Assembly (NCBI GenBank): GCA_020348445.1
Contig: CP070751.1
Coordinates: 3,463,551 to 3,527,550 of the forward strand
Direction of reading: 5' to 3'
Length of the DNA: 64,000 nt
Source: Thermoplasmata archaeon
GTDB lineage: Archaea > Thermoplasmatota > Thermoplasmata > GCA-020350865
The position numbers were made by a program, and so were the translations under genes. A model generated the notes under the pieces. The model was not told the origin of the DNA and ran no database searches. It saw only the letters and a program-made list of their open reading frames with translations. This document shows positions 38,417 to 47,290 of the stretch, piece after piece (the first letter of the stretch is position 1; the number at the start of each line of letters is the position of its first letter).

Positions 38417-40135
38417 ATGAGCACTGAGCAAGAACAACCGAGAATAGGGGTCTCTGTTTGCCATTGCGGCACAAACATCGGCGGGTTTTTAGATGTACCC
38501 GCTGTTGCAGAATATGTGAAAACATTACCTTACGTAATTTACTCAGAGCACAACCTTTACACATGCGCTGATGACGGCCTAACATCCATAAAAAATGCGA
38601 TCAAGGAACATGATTTAAACAGGATAATTGTTGCATCATGTACGCCTAGAACGCATGCACCATTGTTTCAATATACTTGCGAATCGGCTGGTCTTAACCC
38701 GTATCTTTTCGAATTTGTCAACATCAGAGAGCAATGTTCTTGGGTCCATATGAAGGAGAAGGAGGAAGCTACCCTCAAGGCAAAGGATTTGATCAGAATG
38801 GGTGTTGCAAGGGCAAATCTACTTGAACCACAAACCGAAAAGAGGGTTGATGTGATTTCAAAAGCATTGGTTATAGGTGGAGGGGTTGCAGGGATGAGCG
38901 CAAGCCTGAGTTTGGCCGATCAGGGTTTTCAGATATATCTCATTGAGAAGGAGGAAGAGTTGGGCGGGATGGTTCGAAAATACTATAAATTGACTCCATC
39001 GAATATCGATGCTTTGGAGTTCATCGATAACATGGTGAACAAAATAAAGATACGTGAAAACATAAAAATTTACAAATCAAGTATTGTAAAAGATGTTAGA
39101 GGTTATATTGGGAATTTTAAGGTCACCATTGAAGGGAAATCAAACGAGAATCTTGAAGTCGGTACAATCATCCTGGCTACAGGAGCTCAAGAATTTAAAC
39201 CAAATGGATTTTATGAATATGGCCAGGATGAACGTATTGTTACAACGATAGAGCTTGAAAATAAGATGAGGATAAAGGAATTGGATGGAGTAATAAATGT
39301 GATCATGATTCAGTGTGTCGGTTCAAGAGAGGAGCGGATTCCATATTGCTCGAGAATATGCTGTATGACAGCCATCAAAAATGCCATTTACTTGAAAAAG
39401 GAATTCGATATATCTGTAAATATACTGCATAATGAAATCCGCGTATATGGCGACTATTACGAAGCTCTTTATAGAAAAGCCCAGGAAATAGGGGTTCATT
39501 TTAATAAATTTGGCGAAAATGATAAACCAAAAGTATTGAAAGAAAATGGAACGCTGAATGTTGAGATATTTAACGAGGGACTGGGAAGAATAGAAAAATA
39601 CCCCGCCGATCTCATTGTGGTTTCAACCCCCATGGTCAACATCTCCGATGCCGAAAGTTTGTCAAAAATGTTAAAGGTCCCCTTAGGACAAGATAGATTC
39701 TTTTTTGAAGCCCATGTAAAACTTCGCCCCTTGGATTTCGCTACCGATGGCATTTTTCTTTGCGGTGCGGCACATGCTCCAGCTACGATACCAGAGGTAA
39801 TAACCCAAGGTTATGGTGCAGCATCAAGGGCAGCTATTCCACTCGCGAGCGGGTATGTGCAGGTTGAAGCAATAACCTCGCATGTAGAAGAGGCAAAATG
39901 TCGAGGATGCGGAAGGTGTGTGGAGGTATGTGAATACAAGGCATTGGAGCTCGCTGAATTGGAGAATGGGAGGCGAGTATCAAGAACGAATGAGGTGCTG
40001 TGTAAGGGGTGTGGAACATGCGTTGCCACGTGCTGTAATGGCGCGATATCTATGATGCACTATACATCTGAGCAGATAAACGCCATGATAGATGCCGCAC
40101 TATCAGAGAAAGTTGGAGGTGGAATTGTTGGATAA
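38417..40135 (+). CDS. hdrA: HdrA-family flavoprotein, second unit (N-terminal domain plus C-terminal ferredoxin)
   Basis: RIGVSVCHCGTNIG, ASCTPRTH, NIREQCSWVH, GGGVAG, YCSRICC, FFFEAHVKLRP, CRGCGRC, CKGCGTC; own SD GGAGGG and ATG. Confidence 0.9.
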   Translation: MSTEQEQPRIGVSVCHCGTNIGGFLDVPAVAEYVKTLPYVIYSEHNLYTCADDGLTSIKNAIKEHDLNRIIVASCTPRTHAPLFQYTCESAGLNPYLFEFVNIREQCSWVHMKEKEEATLKAKDLIRMGVARANLLEPQTEKRVDVISKALVIGGGVAGMSASLSLADQGFQIYLIEKEEELGGMVRKYYKLTPSNIDALEFIDNMVNKIKIRENIKIYKSSIVKDVRGYIGNFKVTIEGKSNENLEVGTIILATGAQEFKPNGFYEYGQDERIVTTIELENKMRIKELDGVINVIMIQCVGSREERIPYCSRICCMTAIKNAIYLKKEFDISVNILHNEIRVYGDYYEALYRKAQEIGVHFNKFGENDKPKVLKENGTLNVEIFNEGLGRIEKYPADLIVVSTPMVNISDAESLSKMLKVPLGQDRFFFEAHVKLRPLDFATDGIFLCGAAHAPATIPEVITQGYGAASRAAIPLASGYVQVEAITSHVEEAKCRGCGRCVEVCEYKALELAELENGRRVSRTNEVLCKGCGTCVATCCNGAISMMHYTSEQINAMIDAALSEKVGGGIVG

Positions 40136-40571
40136 TATGTTCAAACCCAGGATAATAGCCTTCTGCTGTAATTGGTGCTCTTATGCTGGGGCTGATCTAG
40201 CTGGGGTGAGTAGGTTTCAGTACCCCCCAAACGCAAGGATCATTAGGGTGATGTGTTCTGGTAGAGTTGAACCACGCTTCGTATTTCGGGCCTTTGAGAA
40301 GGGTGCTGATGGCGTTATAGTGACGGGCTGTCATATTGGGGATTGTCATTATATATCAGGCAATAAAAAGGCTGAAGAAAGGATGAAATTGGTTAGGTAT
40401 TTGATTGGTATTTTAGGGTTGGAAGAAGATAGATTCAGATTAGAATGGATATCTGCCTCGGAAGGCCAAAAATTTGCCCATGTCATGACTGCATTTATTA
40501 ATAAGATCAAAGAATTAGGACCAAATCCTATGTTCGGAAAGATAGAGGAGGGGACAGAATGTCAGCAATAG
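40128..40571 (+). CDS. mvhD: MvhD-type [2Fe-2S] adaptor subunit
   Basis: FCCNWCSYAGADLAG, VMCSGRV, GCHIGDCHY, WISASEG; start TTG 40128 or ATG 40137. Confidence 0.93.
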   Translation: MDNMFKPRIIAFCCNWCSYAGADLAGVSRFQYPPNARIIRVMCSGRVEPRFVFRAFEKGADGVIVTGCHIGDCHYISGNKKAEERMKLVRYLIGILGLEEDRFRLEWISASEGQKFAHVMTAFINKIKELGPNPMFGKIEEGTECQQ

Positions 40572-41701
40572 ATGATCTGATAGATGATACCGGTGCATAT
40601 GATTGTGTTGAGTGCGGTAAGTGCACGACCGTATGTCCTGTGGCAAAGTTGGATTCGAATTTCGCTCCTAGATTGATAGTAGTGAAAGCATTGGAGGGTG
40701 TTGATGGAGGACTTGCCCAGAATAAGGATATATGGCGTTGCACAACATGTGCGATATGTAGCAATATGTGTCCTTACAAAGTGGATTATACAGAGTTTAT
40801 CAGGGGATTAAGGGGTGAGGCCATAATTGATGGGTTTGAACCCATATGTTCACAAGGAGGATTCATGCACACTATCGCTCGAATACTAAGCAATCAGCTA
40901 CATCAAGACAGATTAAACTGGGTCACCGATGATTTAAAGGTGGCTAAAAAAGGTGAGGTGTACTACTTCTCGGGCTGTCAGGCCCATCTCAATAAAATTT
41001 TTAAAGAAAAGAATGTTAAAGTAATAGATATTGCTAGAAACTGCATCAGAATTTTGAATAAGGTAGGCATCACACCTGCAATGAGTAATAATGAGGTATG
41101 TTGTGGTCATGACCTCAATTGGATAGGCGACGAGGCGACTTTAAAAAAACTTATGGAAATCAATATAAAAGCCATAAAAACCGCAGGCGCTAAAAAAGTG
41201 TTGTTTTCATGTCCTGAATGTATGCGGACCTTCGACTTCGATTATCAGGGTTTTGCAGGAGATTTGGATTTTGAGCTGGTCTACATAACAGATTTTCTCA
41301 TGGATTTGGTGGACGATGGAAAACTCGAATTTAAGGACAAGGGTAAAGAGAAGGTTACCTATCATGATCCTTGCAGACTTGGAAGACATTTAGGCATCTA
41401 TGATAGCCCGAGAGAACTTATTGAGGCAGCAGGCTTTGAGTTGATTGAAATGGAAAACATATGTGAGAATGCCACTTGTTGCGGGGTGAATGCTTTTGTC
41501 ACGTGTGAAGCACTTTCCAAAACAATGCAGATAAATCGTCTGATAGAAGCAAAGAATACCCAGGCAGATAAACTTGTTACCGCTTGTCCCAAATGTCTGA
41601 TTCATTTTAGTTGTGCGGTATGGAAAGAAATACCTGTTGAAAAGGAGAAAGTGGATATTCCAATCATAGATCTAATATCGGTTGTGACAGAGAGGATTTA
41701 A
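40559..41701 (+). CDS. HdrD-like Fe-S oxidoreductase, copy 2
   Basis: CVECGKCTTVCP, CTTCAICSNMCP, VCCGH, SCPEC, YHDPC, CCGV, ACPKC; paralog of 35936. Confidence 0.88.
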   Translation: MSAIDDLIDDTGAYDCVECGKCTTVCPVAKLDSNFAPRLIVVKALEGVDGGLAQNKDIWRCTTCAICSNMCPYKVDYTEFIRGLRGEAIIDGFEPICSQGGFMHTIARILSNQLHQDRLNWVTDDLKVAKKGEVYYFSGCQAHLNKIFKEKNVKVIDIARNCIRILNKVGITPAMSNNEVCCGHDLNWIGDEATLKKLMEINIKAIKTAGAKKVLFSCPECMRTFDFDYQGFAGDLDFELVYITDFLMDLVDDGKLEFKDKGKEKVTYHDPCRLGRHLGIYDSPRELIEAAGFELIEMENICENATCCGVNAFVTCEALSKTMQINRLIEAKNTQADKLVTACPKCLIHFSCAVWKEIPVEKEKVDIPIIDLISVVTERI

Positions 41702-41754
41702 TAGAAAAAATATTGAAAGTGAGTCAATTATGAATTTTGTAGCAGGTGAACAAT

Positions 41755-41940
41755 ATGCAAATAGATATGGATGAAGTGGAATACATTTCGGAAACTAGCC
41801 TTACGATTAGGGGCTCGAGGAGACGAACTACTATGCCAAAACCCCTCGTTGACAAACTTGGGCTGAAGCATGGCGACAAAATAAGATGGATACTCTTCAA
41901 AGATGATAGCATATTAATTGCAAAGGTGAGAGGAGCTTAG
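41755..41940 (+). CDS. Small AbrB/SpoVT-type DNA-binding protein, copy 1
   Basis: MQIDMDEVEYISETSLTIRGSRRRTTMPKPLVDKLGLKHGDKIRW; GGTGA SD then ATG at 41755. Confidence 0.8.
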   Translation: MQIDMDEVEYISETSLTIRGSRRRTTMPKPLVDKLGLKHGDKIRWILFKDDSILIAKVRGA

Positions 41941-41942
41941 AT

Positions 41943-42024
41943 GTGGAACCATCTAAATTGATAAGATATAGCGAAGTTCTCGTTAATGTGCGTATATATA
42001 GATAGTTCACATGGCATGGATTAA
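41943..42024 (+). pseudogene. Degenerate 5' fragment of a TauE gene
   Basis: gtggaaccatctaaattgataag matches the start of 42272 (gtggaaccatctatattgataag); then encodes AYIDSSHGMD* versus EYLDSSLGMGY. Confidence 0.7.
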
Positions 42025-42271
42025 ATTATAATTCAAACCATTATTCAATAGTTACGATATAGGTCTATATCTTATCGAATATCGCCATATTCTATAATAT
42101 TATATAGTAAATTAGGCTCAAGAGTAACGAATATAGTTATATATGACGGACTACAATATATGTAATATAGGACAGATATTGAGTTGAAATAATGATAAGC
42201 TTCGATAAAATATGGTTTAATCTCTTCAAAGAAAGCGGTATTGCTCTCAGGCAGGGAAAAAAGGGATTAGA

Positions 42272-43576
42272 GTGGAACCATCTATATTGATAAGTATAGT
42301 TGCATTAGCATTTGTCTGCGAATACTTAGACAGCTCCTTAGGGATGGGTTATGGAACGATACTTACCCCGATTCTGATTATTTTTGGATATGAGCCTATA
42401 TTAGTTATTACATCTATATTATTTTCACAAGCATTAGCGAGTTTTTCAGCAGCAATATTTCATCAGAAATATAAAAATATAAATTTATTTAAAAAAGAAG
42501 ATGATACTAGGATAACATTTTTTATTGTGGGTATAGGTATACCGGCAATTATCCTTGCCGTACTTATTTCCTTTGAGCTCTCAGTAACCCTACTGGAAAT
42601 TTATATAAGTTTAGTAGTTATAGCAATGGGTATTATTCTATTAAGTAAGAAATTATTTATTTTTTCTTGGAGGAAGCTTTCTATTATTGGTATTTTCAGT
42701 GTATTCAACAAAGCCCTCACAGGGATAGGTTTTGGTCCTGTATTTACATCGGGACAGATAATTTCAGGTAAGAAACCAAGAAGCTCAATAGGTATAACAA
42801 CAGTGACAGAGGCTCCGATTTGCTTATGTGCATTTCTTGCGTATTTCCTCTTAAATAGATCCGTCGATTCCACGCTCTTAATATTATTAAGTATAGGAGC
42901 GCTTTTGGCAACGCCATTTGGACCATATATAACAACGGAATTGAAGAACATGACTGGTCGGATAATTGTCGGCATTCTAACCGTTACATTGGGTTTATTT
43001 ATTATAGTCAAAATTCTAATATGGCCTTATGTTACAACACTTGTTACCGAGCCCTTTTTCTGGGCATTTATTAGTTTGTTCGCATTTATCGGTTCCAGTA
43101 CGACATTATGTAGTAAACGCTTGGGGAAGTTCGTCCGATTCAATATTGCCATGGTAGCAATCTTCGCTTTGGGGCGTTTTATACTTGTTTTACCTTTTTG
43201 TCAACAACCTCGTTTTGAAATGGGTGGGTGGCATTATGTTGTTGGTGGTATCATCTTTGTTATCGGTTTGATATTCCTAATACCTCTGTTTTATATCAAT
43301 CCTTTCCCCGCACCGGATGAGAAGACAAAACTAGTAACTACAGGGTTCTATGGTATTATCAGGAACCCAATCTACCTTGGTGAAATCCTTTGGAGTCTGG
43401 GTTGGGCAATTATGCTCCGCTCAGTCATTGGTGTCGCTTTGGTTCCTTTTTGGTGGGGAGGCCTTCTTTTCCATGTAATACTTGAAGAGGAAGATCTAGA
43501 GCGGAAGTTAGACCAAAAATATCTAAAATATAAGACAAGAGTCCGGGGCCGCATTTTCCCAGGGTTGCCTATATAA
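42272..43576 (+). CDS. TauE/SafE sulfite-exporter domain fused to ICMT/PEMT-like methyltransferase domain
   Basis: EYLDSSLGMGYGT and GIGFGP TauE motifs; C-terminal LVTTGFYGIIRNPIYLGE...EEEDLERK...YLKYKTRV. Confidence 0.85.
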   Translation: MEPSILISIVALAFVCEYLDSSLGMGYGTILTPILIIFGYEPILVITSILFSQALASFSAAIFHQKYKNINLFKKEDDTRITFFIVGIGIPAIILAVLISFELSVTLLEIYISLVVIAMGIILLSKKLFIFSWRKLSIIGIFSVFNKALTGIGFGPVFTSGQIISGKKPRSSIGITTVTEAPICLCAFLAYFLLNRSVDSTLLILLSIGALLATPFGPYITTELKNMTGRIIVGILTVTLGLFIIVKILIWPYVTTLVTEPFFWAFISLFAFIGSSTTLCSKRLGKFVRFNIAMVAIFALGRFILVLPFCQQPRFEMGGWHYVVGGIIFVIGLIFLIPLFYINPFPAPDEKTKLVTTGFYGIIRNPIYLGEILWSLGWAIMLRSVIGVALVPFWWGGLLFHVILEEEDLERKLDQKYLKYKTRVRGRIFPGLPI

Positions 43577-43665
43577 CAATCCATAAACAAGGTATATGAA
43601 TTTGAACGTCCAACTTCCTTATTTCGCAAGTTTGTAAATTTTTAAATAATATACACCAAAGGTTA

Positions 43666-43680
43666 TTGGCTTTACACCAA
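43666..43680. promoter_or_regulatory. TTGG-N7-CCAA operator-like palindrome
   Basis: ttggctttacaccaa directly 5' of TTTAAATA; right half-site 21 bp upstream. Confidence 0.7.
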
Positions 43681-43709
43681 ATTTAAATAGTGAAAATACC
43701 TTTATCGTT

Positions 43710-43901
43710 TTGGGTGACAAAACGCAGATAGATATGGATGATGTGGAGCACATAACTGAGACAAGTTTAACTATTAGAGGGTCAAGGAGACGCACAACAG
43801 TTCCAAAATCCATCGTAGACAAACTCAAGCTGAAGGATGGCAATAAAATAAGGTGGATACTATTTAGGGATGGAAGTATAGTTGTTACAAAGATTAAATG
43901 A
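43710..43901 (+). CDS. Small AbrB/SpoVT-type protein, copy 2
   Basis: ITETSLTIRGSRRRTTVPKSIVDKLKLKDGNKIRW; the position homologous to the start codon of the other copies is ACG (43722). Confidence 0.8.
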   Translation: MGDKTQIDMDDVEHITETSLTIRGSRRRTTVPKSIVDKLKLKDGNKIRWILFRDGSIVVTKIK

Positions 43902-44029
43902 TAATCGCCGTGTTGGGACTATAGATGATTTTAACGGCCCTACATAAAGGTTTAGGAGACATTTTCTTTTACCTTCCCAAGTAATGAATCTAGACATTAT
44001 AAAAATATACCCGCCATGTCATCTATTAA

Positions 44030-44416
44030 TCAATGTCCTATTTCTCCTCTTCTCCATACTTCATTGGATAACTCATTGTATATTTTATCATAATTGTTAT
44101 CTTGTTCAACTTCATTATGGAGTCTCGAAAGCCTCAATATCTCTTTTTTTCTCAACACCCAATAATGTATGCGCCACAGTTTACCCTTTTTTATTCTTAT
44201 TTGATCCTGTAATGTAGTCAGTAATCCCGCATCCTGAAGGGTATAGAACACATCTCTGTCTTTTGCTTTTAGCAGATTATCAGTAATTGTGTCACTAAAA
44301 CCAAAGAAGTTCATCACATATATTGCCAACTTCTTGATTTTCTCCTCTTCAATACCTTTTTTACCAAGCGTGTTTTTAAGGGCAAGTTCAACATCGTATA
44401 CAGTTATGGTGACCAT
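44030..44416 (-). CDS. DUF6015-like protein
   Basis: VMNFFGFSDTITDNLL..DRDVFYTLQDAGLL...WRIHYW pattern, recalled from conserved Thermoplasmata proteins. Confidence 0.65.
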   Translation of the reverse strand: MVTITVYDVELALKNTLGKKGIEEEKIKKLAIYVMNFFGFSDTITDNLLKAKDRDVFYTLQDAGLLTTLQDQIRIKKGKLWRIHYWVLRKKEILRLSRLHNEVEQDNNYDKIYNELSNEVWRRGEIGH

Positions 44417-44568
44417 ATTTATATCTCTTTGATGATCAGTTAATAAATTTTTCTTCCTCAGATATACTCAATACCAAAACACCTAATCATGAGGTTGTTA
44501 ATGTATCTTTCGACGTAAGAATTACATTTTTTTGTTCTAACTACAAAGTATTTTGATTTTACAAAGAA

Positions 44569-44604
44569 TTGGTTTGATACCAATACATATTGGATTGAAA
44601 CCAA
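44569..44604. promoter_or_regulatory. Tandem TTGG-N7-CCAA palindromes (21-bp spacing)
   Basis: ttggtttgataccaa (44569) and ttggattgaaaccaa (44590) followed by TTTTATATA. Confidence 0.75.
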
Positions 44605-44703
44605 TTTTATATAGTGAAAGGGCCATTATAGTACTTGCCTACTGAACTCAATTATTCAGGTAAACGGCTATTGCTAAATGTTGTAACTTAAAGAGGATTT
44701 AAA

Positions 44704-44781
44704 ATGAGCAATTATTGGCTCAGAAAAATCGCAAAAACCCTTATCGAGATATTACAGGGGCTTTATAATTATAAGGTTTAG
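44704..44781 (+). other. 25-aa small ORF, possibly vestige of a fourth AbrB copy
   Basis: AGAGG SD then MSNYWLRKIAKTLIEILQGLYNYKV*; IAKTLIEILQGL resembles MPKPLVDKL-GL. Confidence 0.4.
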
Positions 44782-44792
44782 GTGGTTTATTA

Positions 44793-45545
44793 ATGATATA
44801 CATCTGGATATTCATCATGGTCCTGTTGGCTCTTTTAATGGAAGTTATTGATTCCTCACTTGGAATGATGTATGGAACTTTATTAAGTCCTATTTTAATT
44901 GGATATGGTTTCGAGCCATTGGTCGTGGTTCCTGCTATTCTGATATCTCAAGCTGTTGGTGGCATTGGTGGTACGATATCCCATCAGAAGTTTAGGAATG
45001 CCGATTTTAATGGTTTAACCAATGACACCAAGATAGTACTTGCCATGGTAATTCCAGGTTTGCTTGTGGTATTTGTTGGTGTGTTTGCTGCTACCAATCT
45101 ATCAAGTTTGTGGGTGAAAACTTATATCGGTATCTTGGTAATTATAATGAGTGCCTTGTGTTTATCACCCCTCAAGTATAAGTTTGCGTGGTGGAAACAT
45201 TATGCAGTAGGCGTATTGGCCGCTTTTAACAAAGCGTTGACTGGCGGAGGTTTTGGTCCTGTAACGAGTACCGGAGGTATTCTCGGCGGCCTGGAATCAA
45301 AAGTTTCTATTGCCACTACGACTTTCGCTGAGGTCATTATTTGTCTCGCAGCGTTTGTCGTATACCTATTTTTTGTTGGCAACTTATATATGGTCCTTGT
45401 AGGATCATTGTGTTTCGGCGCAGTTGTCGGGGGCATCATCGGCCCGTATATTAGCAGTAGAGTCAGTCATACTCGACTTAGGATATGCATAGGCATTCTT
45501 GGTATAGCATCAGGAATATGGTTGCTGTGGAGGGTGCTGTTATAA
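44793..45545 (+). CDS. TauE/SafE sulfite exporter family protein
   Basis: EVIDSSLGMMYGT, FNKALTGGGFGP; about 8 TM helices. Confidence 0.88.
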   Translation: MIYIWIFIMVLLALLMEVIDSSLGMMYGTLLSPILIGYGFEPLVVVPAILISQAVGGIGGTISHQKFRNADFNGLTNDTKIVLAMVIPGLLVVFVGVFAATNLSSLWVKTYIGILVIIMSALCLSPLKYKFAWWKHYAVGVLAAFNKALTGGGFGPVTSTGGILGGLESKVSIATTTFAEVIICLAAFVVYLFFVGNLYMVLVGSLCFGAVVGGIIGPYISSRVSHTRLRICIGILGIASGIWLLWRVLL

Positions 45546-45627
45546 TAACTCGTTTGGCGTTCTCACGATTATATTAGGAACATTCGCCACAATTAAAACT
45601 CTCATTTGAACATGAACGAGGATTATA

Positions 45628-46746
45628 ATGAAATATCAGGATAAATCAAATAAGTGGCCGAATTTTAGATTTAATTTAGAAGAGGTTTCTGGTGCAGTCG
45701 GAGATTATGGAACGTTAATTCCTATTGTTCTTGGAGTGGCTTTCGTTTCAAATGTTAATTTAGGCTACATGTTGCTGTTTTTTAGCATTTGGTATATAAT
45801 CACAGGCATATACTACAAAATGCCTGTCCCGATAGAACCTATGAAAGCGATTGGAGTTATAGTTATTGCAGGGGGCTTGAGCGGCGGTGAGATTGCTGCA
45901 TCAGGAATAATTTTGGGAGTGCTTTTTTTAGTTTTAGGATTTTGTAAAGCAATGAAATTCATTTAAGAAAAAGTTCCTTATAGTGTTGTAAGGGGAATAC
46001 AATTGGGTTTAGCATTACTTTTAATTAAAACATCAATTAACTTTATTATTGGAGATTACATTTTACCCATTATCTGTGTAATTATTGTCATTCTATTTTT
46101 ATTAGCCAATAAATTTTACAAAATCCCAGATGTTTCTGCAATACTTATTCTATTAATCGGTATAATTGTTGGTTTTTCTATATTTGGGATTCCTAGTATT
46201 AGCATTATATCGTTACCAAACACCATTATCCCAACAGTACAAGATTTTCTAAAAGGTGGATGGTTTTTGGCTATTCCTCAAGCACCATTGACTATTACCA
46301 ACGCAATACTTGCCACCACATTATTAATGCAGGATCTTGTTCATAGAGATATCGACCCTGATAAATTATCAAAGAGTATTGGTCTCATGAATATAACATC
46401 TGTTCCTTTTGGAGGCTTTCCTATGTGTCATGGCGCAGGTGGTCTCGCAGCACAATACAGATTTGGAGCAAGAACTGGAGGGTCAAATATCATTAGCGGC
46501 TTGATATTATTACCAATCGCTCTGTTTTTTGCTAGCCCAGAATTTGTCGCAATTATTCCTCTTGGCGTTTTTGGAGCATTATTGGTTTTTTTTGCGATTG
46601 AGTTAGGAAAACATAGTTTGAAAACAGACTCTTATATTGTTACGGGTATCATGGCAATATTAGCGCTAATAATTAATATAACAATTGCTTTCATTATTGG
46701 GATGATATTAGCATACGGATTGACGAAAATACACAAGCATCCATAA
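45628..46746 (+). pseudogene. MOT1-type molybdate/sulfate transporter interrupted by in-frame TAA (45964-45966)
   Basis: EVSGAVGDYGT, PVPIEPMKAI, KFI*EKVPYSVVRGIQLG, PMCHGAGGLAAQYRFGARTG; both track ORFs share one frame. Confidence 0.85.
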
Positions 46747-47032
46747 GGGTCTAGGAATGAGATAGGCATATGGTGGGCTAACGCATAACGACCTTGGCAG
46801 GGATAAGCATTTTCTACCTCCTCCCCTTGGAATCCCCCCTTTGACCTATTTAGTGCTATTGCACTCATCTAACGTGGGTTATGAATTTAAGATTGAAAAA
46901 CCCGTCGAAATTTTTCATTGTAATCGACAAATTTTAGAATCCTCCAGAATGTTAAGTGAAATCATGGATTCAACCATCCTAAGCTTTTAATACAAAGCGA
47001 CTAATCATAAATCATTTCGACACCAAAACGCA

Positions 47033-47047
47033 TTGGTTTAAAACCAA
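47033..47047. promoter_or_regulatory. TTGG-N7-CCAA palindrome
   Basis: ttggtttaaaaccaa with acaccaa half-site 21 bp upstream. Confidence 0.7.
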
Positions 47048-47088
47048 GTTTTATTAGACTATATATCATAATTAGTCTTGGTGATTAT

Positions 47089-47271
47089 ATGCAAGTAAAT
47101 ATGGATGATGTGGTACATATTACTGAGACCAGCCTTACGATTAGGGAGTGAAGAAGACGCGCTACAATTCCAAAATCCACCGTAGACAAAATTAGGCTAG
47201 GGAAGGGTAATATAATAAGATGGATACTATTCAAGGATAGAAGCATGGTTATTACGGAGGTTAAAAGATAA
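47089..47271 (+). pseudogene. AbrB/SpoVT-type protein, copy 3, with in-frame TGA (47149-47151)
   Basis: MQVNMDDVVHITETSLTIRE*RRRATIPKSTVDKIRLGKGNIIRWILFKD; TGA replaces the Ser codon of the paralogs. Confidence 0.85.
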
Positions 47272-47290
47272 AGACTCTAATGTCAAAGTA

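Noticed and set aside
43898-43985. Possible TauE remnant behind AbrB copy 2 (MIIAVLGL*...LHKGLG)
   Set aside because: Similarity too weak compared with the two accepted remnants.
46793-46884. attC-like GCATAAC...GTTATGA
   Set aside because: Inner L boxes do not pair and no integron integrase is present.
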